DNA of 64,000 nucleotides from Eledone cirrhosa. Lineage: Eukaryota. Under the pieces are notes generated by a model, which ran no database searches, was not told the DNA's origin, and saw only the letters and a program-made list of their open reading frames with translations. A program made the position numbers and the translations under genes. This document shows positions 43,756 to 58,860 of this stretch, piece by piece. The DNA is taken from the NCBI GenBank assembly GCA_964016885.1, contig OZ024741.1:323764001-323828000 (forward strand). The letters are read 5' to 3'. Within the stretch, counting starts at the first letter, position 1, and the number at the start of each line of letters is the position of its first letter.

Positions 43756-45011
43756 TTCTTTGAGTCTCAGTCATTGATGTTAGTTAACTGGAAAGTTTGT
43801 TGAAATGAATATGAAGCCACTACCTGCAGCCTCAGATATTCAGGACGTATCGGAGGGTTCTTGCTGTTCCCAGCAAGCATGCCTTTTGAAGTGTTCCAAA
43901 AAGAGTGAAGGGGCCAATTTTCTTTAACCATCCCTGGAAACTTTTTGAGATAGTACCTAGTGCGCCTATGACAATCGGGACCACTTTGACTTCATGGCAG
44001 TTCCAAATCCTTTTTACCTCCCACTTTAAGTCCTGGTATCGGTTAATTTTCTCCCTCTCCTTCTCTTTCACTCTCGTGTCGAATGGGCAGGCAACATCCA
44101 CAATCAGGCACGATCTTTTTTCTTTGTCCACAACCACCAGGTCAGGTCTATTGTGTTCCAGTTTCTTGTCCGTCTGTATCCTAAAATCCCACAGCACCTT
44201 CACCTGATCGTTTTCTATCACCGACTAGGCTTATGCTCATACCACTTCTCAGAATGTGGTAAATTGTTTACTTTGCATAGGTGCCAGTGGATCGCCCTGC
44301 CCATCACATCATGTCTCCAGCCTTTATAGTGAGTCTGAGCTAGGTGTTTACACTCGGATACAATGTGAGCCACAGTCTCCTCTCTCTCTCCACAGATCCT
44401 GCACAGTGGGCTAGCCTCATGCTTGTAAATATGGTGTTTCAACCACTTCGTTTTGAGGGCCTGCTCTTGCGCAGCCATTAACATTCCTTCTGTAGCCTTT
44501 TTAAGGTCTCCTCTTTTCAACCAGTTCGATGTCTGTGGATCTCTAAATTCAGTTTTCTCAAAGAAGGTACTATGAAGGGATTTTTCCTGAAGACTTCTCT
44601 TTCTCCTTCATGTTATTTCCTCCTTGGACATCCCCTGGCCTATTGTCCCCTCCTTCAGTACAGTTCTGAGCATTGGCTCCTTACTATCAGTCGCGTATTT
44701 GTGTAGGTTGTTTTTCTCCATCTGAACACAGTCCTCTATGCTGATAAGACCTCTTCCACCTTCAGATCTCCTTAAGTAGAGTCTATCGACATCACTCTTC
44801 TTGTGGAACATGTTGTAGATAGTCAATAGCTTCCCAGTCTTCCTATCCATTTCTTTTTGTTCAGCAACATTCCATCTCAGAATTCCCGCACTGTACCTAA
44901 TAATAGACACAGCTCGGGAATTTACTGCACTTATGGCATTCCTACTGTTCAGATGTGACTTTAATACGCTCCTTACTCTCTGAATGTATTCAGTTCTTAT
45001 CAATTCCTTCA

Positions 45012-45016
<5 letters not shown>
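43756..45016 (-). mobile_element. Second R4/Dong-like LINE, 5'-truncated and frameshifted, in (TAA)n
   Basis: GGRGL, AAQEQAL, CRICG.REETVAHIVSEC, RHD, RPDLVV..IVDVACP.D..EK..Y; TTA repeats at both ends. Confidence 0.88.
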
Positions 45017-45049
<33 letters not shown>

Positions 45050-45050
45050 A

Positions 45051-45250
45051 GGCGGTGGATTGGCAGTATTGGTAGAGGGTCGGACGCCATGCTTTCCAGC
45101 ATAGTTACGTCCCTCTACGATCTGAGTTCAAATCCCGCCGAGGTTGACTTTGCCTTTCATCCTTACGGGGTCGATTAAATAATGTACTAGTAATGCACTG
45201 AGAAATTGCTGGCCTTGTGCCTAAAGTAGAAACAATTATTATTATTATTA
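45051..45250 (+). mobile_element. MESC-type SINE, full length; further copies at 46212-46392, 55025-55092 and 59153-59335(-)
   Basis: A-box-like tggcagtattgg, B box gagttcaaatcc, conserved core, (TTA)n tail. Confidence 0.8.
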
Positions 45251-45313
45251 TGTATATATGCATGCAAATATATATATATATATAGATGTACATATATGCA
45301 TATATGTATATAT

Positions 45314-45377
<64 letters not shown>

Positions 45378-45379
<2 letters not shown>

Positions 45380-45847
45380 CGGAAGAAATGTGGTAAGGAA
45401 CCAGGTGGACCATAACGCACCAAAGTACTCAATACATTTTTTTTTTTTTAATTGTTTTTTTTAGTCTAGAATTAGCCGTCGAAACGGCTTGAGCTCGGCC
45501 GTCGGGGTCCTACTCGTTCCTATATATATATATATATATATACGTTATTCCGGGTTAAATCGGAGGTAACCACAGTAAGTATGGTACTCAATACATAGCA
45601 GAGTATACAAATTTTAATATAGATGAGATTCTACAGGACTAGAACTGTTTCATTCTTTAGAAATCATCAGGAATCCTGATGATTTCTAAAGAATGAAACA
45701 GTTCTAGTCCTGTAGAATCTCATCTATATATATATATATATATATATGTGTGTATGTATATATATTATACTTAGGGTAGTAGAGTGGGTAATAGGAACCA
45801 GTAAGACACCGACGGCTGAGCTCAGCCGTCGGGGTCTTACTGGTTCC

Positions 45848-45850
<3 letters not shown>
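45378..45850 (-). mobile_element. Nested cluster: split family A copy with a family B copy (45541-45727) between its halves
   Basis: The A tail stops at tactcaatac (45435) and resumes as atacttagggtag at 45767. The B copy has the ctgatga hairpin centred near 45673. Confidence 0.75.
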
Positions 45851-45878
<28 letters not shown>

Positions 45879-45958
45879 AACAATAATAAATTTGAAGACT
45901 AAAATCCCAAGAGGGCTCGATAAGGATAAATATCTATCAAATATATACAAACCGTAGA

Positions 45959-46183
<225 letters not shown>

Positions 46184-46393
46184 ATATATATATATATATT
46201 ATTTTATAGTCAATTGGCAGTATTGGTAGAGAGTCGGACATGCTTTCCAACATAGTTACGTCCCTTTACGGTCTGAGTTCAAATCCCGCCGAGGTTAACT
46301 TTGCCTTTCATCCTTACGGGGTCGATAAAATAAAGTACCAGTAATATCACTGGGTAATTGCTGGCCTTGTGTCAAAAGTAGAAACAATTATTT

Positions 46394-46430
<37 letters not shown>

Positions 46431-46471
46431 TATAATATACATACATATATATATAATATATATATATATAT

Positions 46472-46745
46472 ATAAGTTAAAACAATGAAATAAAAAATCA
46501 AGTCATTAGAGATATACTTCACTGCTTTACGATCGTTTCTAGATGATGATAATACATTGTAGCTATACACCGTTATTGATCTATGTAAAGTTTTTTTATT
46601 TCATTATTTTAACTGATATCATGACTCTGTTTTCCTTTTAATGTTTTATTGTTTTCCGAGATTTATCTTAACCTACAACATTTTCAACATATGGAGTACA
46701 TCGAGTTCTTAATGCAGAATAGACCCCACAACTTACTGTGGATAC

Positions 46746-46752
<7 letters not shown>
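46472..46752 (+). mobile_element. Fold-back element with hammerhead 3' half on the inverted arm
   Basis: agttaaaacaatgaaataaaaaa versus ttttttatttcattattttaact; the minus strand at 46528-46539 reads GAAAC-GATC-GTA. Confidence 0.55.
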
Positions 46753-46814
<62 letters not shown>

Positions 46815-47032
46815 CATGCGTGTTTATATGCATATGTGTGTGTGGACTTGTCTATCTATATGTATGTACTTGTACACACACACACTTATATAATATATGT
46901 GTATCAGTTAAAAAGTTATTTATCTCTAATATTTAGACACGCGAATAAATTCTTCAATAATGGTTGGGGACAACATTTGAGTGAAACTGTTATATTTTAG
47001 TCGGTCTAGCTTATATCCCACTAAATCGAGAT

Positions 47033-47106
<74 letters not shown>

Positions 47107-47750
47107 TATATATATATATCTCTACATATATATACATAAATGTGAATATATATATATACATAAATATATAGAAATGCATATGTAGATAGATATAGTCAGT
47201 ATAGTAAGATATTCTCATAATACATAGATAACAATGTGTACATATATTGTTATGATTGAGGATGGTCATGAAGCCAATTTTTATAATATAACCACGCACT
47301 ACATGTTTCCTTCAGCTTTATTATTAGTTAGTTCGTCAAAGTTCTTTCCTCATATATTTTGTGGCCTCCCCAGTGACTAGTTCTTCTTCTTCTCTCTCCC
47401 TCCTCTACATTGTACTCGATATATCAGTAGCGTACAACAAAACATATAGAAATTGCTTCTACAGGACTAGAACGGATGATTTCCTTCGAATAAAACAGTT
47501 CTATTCCTGTAGATACCATTTCTATATTATTTTGTTATATATATGTATAGGCGTGTGGCTGTGTGGTTAGAGATTGGACCGGGCGATGCGTTATGTCCTT
47601 GAGCAAGTCACTTTATTTCAAGTTACTACTTCTACCTGGAGTTGCGACTGATAGATATCATTAGCAATTGGAAAGACCAAAGGAAACATTGCTTCCTCGA
47701 TCCGATTTGACGAAAGTCGATTGATAATTTTTATTTTATTTTATATATAA

Positions 47751-47786
<36 letters not shown>

Positions 47787-48497
47787 TATGTACATCTGTA
47801 TGCTTGTGAATGTGTACACAGCATTAAGTAGCTGTTTCGATCTCAGTGACTTTGATTAGTTAGTTTTTCGAGCAGTTGTTTTTGTCTAGCCGCATGTCAG
47901 CCCTGATCTTAGCGGTCCTTTTCATATAGTAGACTGCATTATGGAATATGTCCTTTCGTTAATCTAAGGTGGGCGATTTCACTGCATATTTAACATAAGG
48001 CTCGAGAACGTACCTATTACTGTATCTATCCATAATTCTATATTTATAAGTGTGATTTACCATAGCTTCGGGTCGACCCATGACTTGTGAGTGAATTTGG
48101 TGAGACGGAAACTGTCGGATCAACTGTACCTGCAATTCAAAGAGCCAGATTGGCCTCGCTGAATCAAATTGAGAATTACGTCTAAGGTACATAAGTAAGT
48201 GGAATACTCAACCACTTGCGCGATTATTTTAGCAACAGTTTGTACCGTAGAGTAAACAACTGCAACGTTCGTCGTTGCTTCTGACGGATGTTCAATATTC
48301 GTTCTGTTATTGTAGTTGTGGAAATTAGCTTCTCTCTGTGTGTTTATATATGCGAAGTCGTATGTGTCTGTGTGTAAAGGAGGGCGTTTGTTCGTATGAA
48401 TGTAGTCGTATGTATATATGTGTGTGATTGCATGTGCATTAGAGTTAACTTAGTTGTGTGTGTGAGTATATATACATGTATAATATATATATGTATG

Positions 48498-48570
<73 letters not shown>

Positions 48571-48572
<2 letters not shown>

Positions 48573-48715
48573 CGAAGGAGGTGTGGTAAGGAACCAGATG
48601 GACCATAACGCACCAGAGTACTCAATACTTAGGGCAGTAGAGTGGGTAATAGGAAAATGTTTCTCTCAGAAATAGCCGTCGAGACGGCTTGAGCTCTGCC
48701 GTCGGGGTCAAATAT

Positions 48716-48720
<5 letters not shown>
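48571..48720 (-). mobile_element. Family A mini-element
   Basis: Tail nearly identical to 8242-8330, followed by the inverted arm. Confidence 0.85.
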
Positions 48721-48754
<34 letters not shown>

Positions 48755-48778
48755 TACATATACACACATTAGTATATG

Positions 48779-48810
<32 letters not shown>

Positions 48811-49204
48811 AGTGTATTCATATTTATGTAGTGGTTCACTATTTAGACCGGCTTTTTAATCTCTCGCATTGACTTCCAACGCCAAACTCCTGATCAGATT
48901 TCATATATATACGTGGATGAAGTGATGTTCATCCCTGTACGTGTGTCAATAGGATATGGAAAGGATTAGAATATGTGTATGAATGCGGAACCCCTTTCAA
49001 CGAGACAGGTGTATCAGATGACATATCTAGATACAATCACTGTAATGTAAACATATAAAATCCAACACACACACGCTCGCACCCCCCCACACACACACAT
49101 ACTCACACTCACACTCACACACACACACACATACACACACTTATACATACAGACGTACATATACATGTTTATATGTGAGTGTGTATATATATATATATAT
49201 ATTA

Positions 49205-49418
49205 TATAGAAATGACTTATACAGGACTTGGACTGTTTCATACGTATGAGTTCCTGATGAATTCATACGAATGAAACAATTCTAGTCCTCTAGAAGTCAT
49301 TTCTATATATGTATAAATATATATAAATATAAAAATATACTTATGCTCTACCAACGTATTGAGTACTTTCTTTGGCAGTGGTTCCCCCATTCCCCCGCGA
49401 CAGCACTCGGGAACGTAT
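49205..49418 (+). mobile_element. Family B diverged copy; others at 47445-47530 and 52474-52650
   Basis: ctgatga-ATTC-atac-GAAT-gaaac, inverted arm, cgtattgagtact tail. Confidence 0.7.
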
Positions 49419-49433
49419 ACACACACACACACG

Positions 49434-49464
<31 letters not shown>

Positions 49465-49485
49465 ATATAGAGAGAGAGAGATATA

Positions 49486-49563
<78 letters not shown>

Positions 49564-49634
49564 TATATATTACATATAATACAGTAAGAGTGTGCAAAAG
49601 GCGCGGATAACAAATTATAAACTGACCATACTAA

Positions 49635-49719
<85 letters not shown>

Positions 49720-49778
49720 TATATATATATATATAAAAATATTTGCTTGTTGTATCCCAACAATTTAAATAGAACTTT

Positions 49779-49869
<91 letters not shown>

Positions 49870-49870
49870 G

Positions 49871-49959
<89 letters not shown>

Positions 49960-49960
49960 G

Positions 49961-50015
<55 letters not shown>

Positions 50016-50049
50016 TTAGTATGCTCAGTATATAATTTGTTATCCGCGC

Positions 50050-50083
<34 letters not shown>

Positions 50084-50117
50084 TTAGTATGCTCAGTATA
50101 TAACTTGTTATCCGCGC

Positions 50118-50491
<374 letters not shown>

Positions 50492-50702
50492 TCTGAGTTG
50501 AAAGCAGCCAGTGACTTCGAAGTTTCAGTTTGGTCACTTCATTGCCAACCAGACGAAGCAACCAGACCGAAGCGAAATATCGAAATGCCTGTCACATAAA
50601 ATTTATAACCTATCTTTACATATTCAGTGGTCATACGATTCTTTTTTGAGGATTTTAAATAAAATGGTATTTTAAACACTCATAATAGACACAGAAACAT
50701 AA

Positions 50703-50811
<109 letters not shown>

Positions 50812-50961
50812 TATATATATGTATATATATGCATATATATATATATGTATATGCACACACACACATATATATATATGTATATGCACACACATATATATAT
50901 ATGTATAAGCACTCACACACACATATATATATATATTACATATATTTATATATATATCTAA

Positions 50962-51000
<39 letters not shown>

Positions 51001-51302
51001 ATATATATACATATATATATATACAAATATATATAATATCTATATATCTATATATATAAAAAAATTCTTTTTACATGCCAACACAAGAGCAAGAATGAAG
51101 TGTTCATTCTACTGACATGGCTTTAAAAATCAGGCTTGTTTGCATAATTGCAAACGAACTGAATGTTATTAATATTTGAAAAACTCAGATTACATCTATA
51201 TATATACATATATTATATAGCCGTATATATATATATAGCCGTACATATATATATATAGCCGTACAAATATATATAATATATATATATACACATATATATA
51301 CA

Positions 51303-51434
51303 TAGCCGTCGAAATGGCTTGAGCTCTGCCGTCGGGATGTTGAACATTTTCCCATTACCCATTCTACTACCCTAAGCATGGAATACACTGATGCGTTATG
51401 GTCCTCCTGGTTCCTAACCACACTTCCTTCGTTA
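51303..51434 (+). mobile_element. Family A copy; an inverted arm lies at 51720-51775
   Basis: tagccgtcgaaatggcttgagctctgccgtcggg plus tail. Confidence 0.8.
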
Positions 51435-51441
51435 TACACAC

Positions 51442-51486
<45 letters not shown>

Positions 51487-51575
51487 ACACACACACCCAT
51501 ACACCCATATATATATATATATGCAAATATATATAATATATATATATATACATATATTCATATATATATATACAT

Positions 51576-51716
<141 letters not shown>

Positions 51717-51768
51717 TATATAGGAAAAGGTATGACCCTGACGGCAGAGCTCAAGCCGTTTCGACGGC

Positions 51769-51827
<59 letters not shown>

Positions 51828-52092
51828 GACATATACATACTAACACATATATACTATATATACATGAACGTGTGTCCACATGAATTTGTATACAAATACA
51901 GAGATTATATGAAAATTAAACTGTTTATAGAAACTCAGTGTATTATATGGGTATTAAAACCAAGTCAACGCACACACACACATACGTACATACACACATG
52001 TGTGTGTGTGTGTGTGATGCGTCTGACTGTAAATATAAATATAACATATATGTATATTTATATAGAAATATTGATATATATGTGTGTGTGTA

Positions 52093-52146
<54 letters not shown>

Positions 52147-52152
52147 TGTGTA

Positions 52153-52191
<39 letters not shown>

Positions 52192-52678
52192 GTGTGTGTG
52201 TGTGTGTGTATGTGTGTGTGTGTGTCTGTGTGTGTCTGTATGTGTGTATGTGTAAATGTGTATGTGTCTGACTGTGTATTTTACGTGAGCATGAACACAT
52301 TTTCTGAACCAATATACATACACGCACCCACACACACGCAGACATCCACTACTACAAACATAAGTAATCTCAATTACAGAAACTTACACACACACACTTT
52401 CTTTCTCACACATACACACGCACATTCATATTTCACTATGTATGTATGTATATATATATCTCTCTCTATATATATGACTTCTACAGGTCTAGAACTGTTT
52501 CAGGATATTACTGATGATTTCATGTGAATGAAAAAAGTTCTAGACCTGTAGGAGTCATTTCTATATATTCTAAAGATGCCTATACTCTACCAATGAATTG
52601 AGTACTCATTTTAACTAGTGTTACCCCACGACACAACTCCCGAGTCTACACACACATATATATATATATATACATAGT

Positions 52679-52890
52679 GAAGGCGTGTGGCTGAGTGGTT
52701 AGAGAATTGGATTTGAAATCATAAGGTTGTGAGTTCGATTCCTGGACCAGGTGATGCGTTATGTCCTTGGGCAAGACACTTTATTTCACGTTGCTCCTTC
52801 TACCTGGAGTTGCGACCGATAGATAGTATTAGCAATTGGAAAGACCAACGGAAACATTGTTCCCTCGGTCCGATTTGACGAAAGTCGATC
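52679..52890 (+). mobile_element. tRNA-derived SINE; related copy at 47549-47722
   Basis: A box tggctgagtgg, B box gagttcgattcc, gtccttgggcaagacacttt core. Confidence 0.8.
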
Positions 52891-53449
52891 GACTCCTATA
52901 TATATAATATATATATAATAATATGTATAATATATATATAATATATATATAATATATATATATAATATATATATTATATATATATTATATATATATATAT
53001 TATTATATATATATTATATATATATTATATATATATATATATATAATGTATATATATATACAATGTATATTATACATATACATATATATATACATACATA
53101 CATATTTATATTTATATATGTGTGTGTATACATACATATACTTACATATTTACACAGATATATATATGTTTATTTATATATATGTACATGTATGTATGTA
53201 TATATGTATGGTTGCATGCATGTAAGTACGTACGTATGTATGTATGCATGTATGTAAGTATGTACGTATATATGCATAAATATTATTATATACGTATACA
53301 TACACACACACATATATATATATATACATGCACACACAAACACACACACACACATATACATACACAATTCATAAATAAATATATATATATAGATATATAT
53401 GAACATATGTATATATGTATGTATATATGTATGTATGTTTGTATGTGTG

Positions 53450-53481
<32 letters not shown>

Positions 53482-53506
53482 TACACACACACACACATAC
53501 ACACAT

Positions 53507-53537
<31 letters not shown>

Positions 53538-53648
53538 CATATATATACATAAATACATATACATATATGTGTGTTCATAAATATATAAATGTATATAGAT
53601 AGAAATATATATATATATATATAAATATAAACATTCATTCATACATAC

Positions 53649-53733
53649 CGTAGCAGAAGCGTTGCGTGTTCTGTGCACCGTACGTTTCCATTGTACATAC
53701 ACTAGCGGAGTGATGTGCTGTTGCTGTTGCTGC
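53649..53733 (-). CDS. Candidate 85-nt host exon
   Basis: Minus strand ttttactgtgtattgcag| ... acg|gtatgt around GC-richer unique sequence; frame unknown. Confidence 0.25.
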
Positions 53734-54545
53734 CTGCAATACACAGTAAAATATAGCACCATGTGCCGTTAGTTTGGTGCTGGCTGCCTTCTTACTACTG
53801 CTTTATTTTCACCATCCATCAGTATTCGTTTCGTTAAACTTTACATTTTCCCCCTCTCCTTTTCTCTCATTTCGTTCCGACTTGTTTTGGTCCTGCTTTG
53901 TTTGTGAGTTGGCGTGCTTTTCATACAATTCGTTTCTCGTATACTAAATTTTTCACTGGGTTTCAGTCCTTAGTCAGCGGTCATGCTGGAGCACATGCCT
54001 AATTTAATTGATGATATAAACCCCATTACTTATTTTTACAAGTCTGATACTCATTTTAGCTACCTCCGATTTAGTGAATCGTTATATTACGAGAGATTAA
54101 CACAGGCACTAACATAAACATTGCAATTACAGTGATCACATAGTTGTTTGTGTATTGGGTGGCTGGATGGTTAGTCGGCTGATTGATGGTTTGGTTTGTT
54201 TGTCTGTTAGTTGGTTAGAGGTTTGTTTCATTGTTTCTGTATTCGCCAAGCTTCATATCAGCCCCGATCCTAGCGATCTCATGTTTCCTTTCTGATATAT
54301 TACTTTCATTATGGAATAATGGTTGCTCTAGCTATTCTGTCTAGCATGTCAATCAATGCCGTAGAGGATATCTCACTGACCCAAGTTTGATTGGCTGGTT
54401 GCGAGTGGGTCATTGTTGTTGTTGTTGTTGTCTCTTGTAGCAGAGAGACAGACATACACATATAGATTGACAGATACCACTATAGAGCTAGTGTGCACGC
54501 CTGTGTAAAATTGTATACATATATACACATAAATGTGTGCATATA

Positions 54546-54581
<36 letters not shown>

Positions 54582-54662
54582 TGTATGTATGTATGTATGT
54601 ATGTATGTATGTATGTATGTATGTATGTATGTGTGTATGTATGCATATATATATATATATAT

Positions 54663-54848
54663 AGTTTTAATATAGATGAGATTCTACAGGACTAGAACTG
54701 TTTCATTCATTAGAAATCATCATGATGATTTCTAAAGAATGAAACAGCTCTAGTCCTGTAGAATCTCATCTATATTAAAAGTTTTATACTCTGCTATGTA
54801 TTGAGTACCTTACTTACTGTGGTTACCTCCGATTCAACCCGGAATAAC

Positions 54849-54850
<2 letters not shown>
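54663..54850 (+). mobile_element. Family B fold-back mini-element
   Basis: Near-identical to 42454-42646; the centre atcatcatgatgat truncates the core. Confidence 0.85.
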
Positions 54851-54882
<32 letters not shown>

Positions 54883-54929
54883 TTATATTGGAAAAGTAAA
54901 TAATAACAACGAAAGGTGTTAGGTTCAAG

Positions 54930-55001
<72 letters not shown>

Positions 55002-55095
55002 CATAATATTATATTGTTTATACACGATAAAATAAAGTACCAGTAATGCACTGGGTAATTGCTGGCCTTGTGCCTAAAGTAGAAACAATTATATT

Positions 55096-55450
55096 GTTCA
55101 TACACGGAATAAAATGGCTCCCTAAGGTTTCAAGGCCCAATATTGACCATCGCCCCAGAATGTAAGAGGGATCAATATTGTGACCTATCCTCAGGCGCTT
55201 ATATGAGTTTATAAGATACCGTGAAAAGCAATGCGTGCTAAGAGCACTAGTTTACGAAGAACGTGTGTGTATGTTATAACACGTTCTTCGTAAACTAGTG
55301 CTTTTAGCACGCATTGCTTTTCACGGTATCTTATAAACTCATATAAGCGCCTGAGGATAGGTCACAATATTGATCCCTCTTACATTCTGGGGCGATGGTC
55401 AATATTGGGCCTTGAAACCTTAGGTAGCCATTTTATTCCGTGTATGAACA
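55096..55450. mobile_element. Palindrome of about 355 bp with a long-stem-II hammerhead motif in each arm (plus-strand motif 55347-55430)
   Basis: GC-CTGAGGA-tAGGTCaCAATATTGATC...GGTCAATATTGGGCCTt-GAAACC-tta-GGTA-GC. Confidence 0.75.
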
Positions 55451-55507
55451 TAAATAAACAATATAATATTATGTATTTATATATATAATATATGTGTGTG
55501 TATGTGT

Positions 55508-55617
<110 letters not shown>

Positions 55618-55943
55618 CTAGTAAATTTCAAAAAGCTGGTACAATACGGTCGAATTATATAAAGGGCATAGGATGTCAAATAAAACAAAACAAAGTTATG
55701 TTTGACCCATGATATTTCAGGCCTCTGCGCTTTTTCAAATGTGAAGCAGAAAATGTATTTGTTTTGAACCGTTTCTGCTTCCCATTTGAAAACAGGGTGA
55801 TGACCCTGAAATATATGTTGAAATATATTGGGTAAAACATTATTTTATTTTGTTCTGTTTCAATTGTCCTCCTTTGTCCTTTCTATATATATCTATCGCA
55901 ATGTACCGGGGTTTTGAAACTTAGTGATTTTACATATCTCACA

Positions 55944-55986
<43 letters not shown>

Positions 55987-56461
55987 TATATACATATACA
56001 TATGTGCGCGTGCGTGTATGTGTGTGTGATTGAGAAAAGGTCAATGGAAACCAAAAAAGCAAACAATACAGTACAGTGATGATATATATTAGTTTAACGC
56101 TTGCTGTATTAGGAAAAGAGTCCTTCATCAAAAGATAGAATGAGAAATAAAAGAAGAAATTTTTTCTTTCTCATAGAATGACGAGAAAGAAACAAAAAGT
56201 TTTAGAGAAAATGTGTGTGTTCAGTTAGCTGTTTTCTATGTCCAGAGATTGGGAATGGCCCCGTGCAAAGCCTTTTTTCACTTGAAAAAGCTTCAAGTGC
56301 AGGCACCGCTGGATATGTAGAATTTTTTGCAATCTATGTTATTGTTGGTCATAGGCAAATCCGTAGCAGGACTAAAAAAATACCTCGTCCGTAGTGTCCA
56401 TATGAAGCGATGGGCATTACTCGAAAATGACTTGCAGCCGTCATATCTATCTATCTATCTC

Positions 56462-58860
56462 TGAGAAGATAGATAGATAGATAGATATCTCGGAGAAGAT
56501 AGACGTGTTTTTGTTTCGCTCCTGCATTTTGTCGGAATTTATTACGAGAAGCGGTAGGTCTGTTTAAGTAATTTGTTATTTGTTGTGTTTAACCCCTCGC
56601 CTGGGCCTGCAGACGTTGGGTAAAATAAATTTCGCCTCTTTTTGGGGCGAAATTTAATAGTTATAAGTTGTCGATAAAAAGTCGTTTAGTGACAATGGAC
56701 GCCATTAATACGACGCATGCCCCCCCCCCCAAGGAAAGTGATAGAGAGGAGGTAGCAGCCCAACGCTGTAACCCTTCCCTCCTCACTCCCGCAAAAGACA
56801 CCACGGAATCAAAAGAAAAAATTGTGGAAATGGGTGAAAACCCTAAAAGTAACAATTACACAAACAAGAACAACAATGACAATAACAACACAACCAACAA
56901 CAGCAACAATGACAATAACAACACAACCAACAAAGGAAAAAAGCAAGCCAACACGAATAACAACAACAACAATGATAACAACACGAAAGAAAATGGACCC
57001 ACAGCTGCAGTCTCCTTCGCACAGGCGGTTCGAGAAACGCAGACATACAAGGCACTGGACATCTCGAATGCCAAGAAATTGCTGAAAGAAGCAAGGAATT
57101 GTGTAAGTTTCGGGGAAGGTGGGGAATTCACAATTACCTCCCCCGAAGAAATTAGAAGGGACACAGTCCTCGGGACTGTAATTATTAGGACAGTTTCGAA
57201 CACGACTAGGAAACCGGCTCAATTGTCCCAAAGCGAAATTGAGCTGGCCCTAAGTAGTGCCTGGAAGGATATCGCTTTCATACAGAAAGGGAAACTGTAT
57301 AGAAGCATATCTGTTTTAATGCAAGATGAATTGGCGGCACGGAAATATTCTGTGTCGCCAATTGTATCCAAAGCATACACCTTTTTCCCCACATATTTGG
57401 GGAAAAGAACTCAAAAGATAAGAATCTCAGGCATCAGGCCAAATGTGAGCATTTGGTGGGTGCTAACGAGATTCTTAGAAGATGAAGACACAATCCTTTC
57501 GATAGGCGAATCCATCGGGGGCGTATTCGGCGGCAATAGCTTTGAAGCTCTGGTCCAAATGAGACCAGAACGGATAGCAAGAATACCGCAGCATGTGTCC
57601 CTGGATGGAGTCGCCTTCATAAACATTTCTGTTGAGGGCAGGCGGCCTTCATGCTACCATTGTTCATGCCCCACTGTTCATGCCCCACCCCCCATAAAGA
57701 CGCTTCTTCCCACCCCACACACAACAACACAATCACCACCACCACCACCACCACCACAACAACAGCAACACGGAAAAATAACAACACAAGACACTGTCCC
57801 ACCCAACCCCTCCCCACCTAAAACAAATACAAAAGCAACCACAACAAAACCCCAAAATATACCCCATCCCAACACCTGCTCGAGGGTCAAGGTGAACGGC
57901 TACCTCTCGGAGCCGTTCCAAATCGCGCGATCCATCCGACAGGGATGTCCTCTTTCCTCCCTTCTGTATGTGCTGGCTCTCGAGCCACTACTGCGGAAGT
58001 AGGAGCTGCTGCAGGAAATCCCTTGGAACCGGGATTGCGGAAAGCGGTGTCGGCCTACGCCGATGACGTGACAGTAATGGTGTCGTGCGCCTCGGAAATC
58101 GGGCAGATTGGCACTTTATTGGAGGAATACGAAAGGTTTACAGGAGCCAAGCTGAACCCCAACAAGTCGGTCGGTTTGCAACTCGGAACGTGGAGAGGCA
58201 AACCGATGCCCTCCGACGGCGTCGTCGGACGCTGGACGGACCGGACCTCCAGGTGGAGAAAAACTTGGATGCGGTAACGGGAAGGGTGTTTGCACTCGCC
58301 CAGAAGTGGGCCGAGTGCAAACTATCCCTGAAAGGTCGAGCGGAGGTGGAGAACACTTATATAGCGTCCGTCATCTACTACCGCTTGACCGTCGTGCCTT
58401 GCCCAGCGAAAACGCTCGCCAAAATGGAGCGCGCACTCTTCCGATTCCTTTGGAAGACACTTTTCTCTCCGGCCAACAACTGGTCCCTTTTTTCAAGTAC
58501 CATTTTAGAAGAAGGGTCAGAATGGAGAGAGAGGTGCTCTACCCCAGCAACTTTTATGAAAGGTGGGTGAAAGTGGCGAGAATGGCCCGAGTGAATGGGC
58601 CTTCTCTCTATATCACCCTGTAGGTGAGAGAGGAGAGGAAGGAGGAGAGGAAGGGAGCACCCGCTCTTCGTGCTCCTGAGGAGGAGGGTTGCACATTTTT
58701 TTCGGGGGGATGTGGAATCAACGCCCTCTCCCTATTGAGGACTTCGATTGTTGAATTTGATTTGTTATATATTTTTACACGTCCTTTGAAATGTATGTAA
58801 ACTCCCCCTCTTGTACTTGTCCCAATCTTTGATGCCCTGGTGGGAAATAAATAGAAAGTT
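56462..58860 (+). mobile_element. Internally deleted L1/Tx1-like non-LTR retrotransposon in (TATC)n
   Basis: ORF1-like region ending VEGRRPSCYHC, then RT motifs IRQGCPLSSLLYVLALEPL, SAYADDV, GAKLN..KS and LSLKGR. AATAAA end; TATC repeats on both sides. Confidence 0.82.

Noticed and set aside
52679-52750. tRNA gene
   Set aside because: A and B boxes run into a multi-copy SINE body; no clean cloverleaf.
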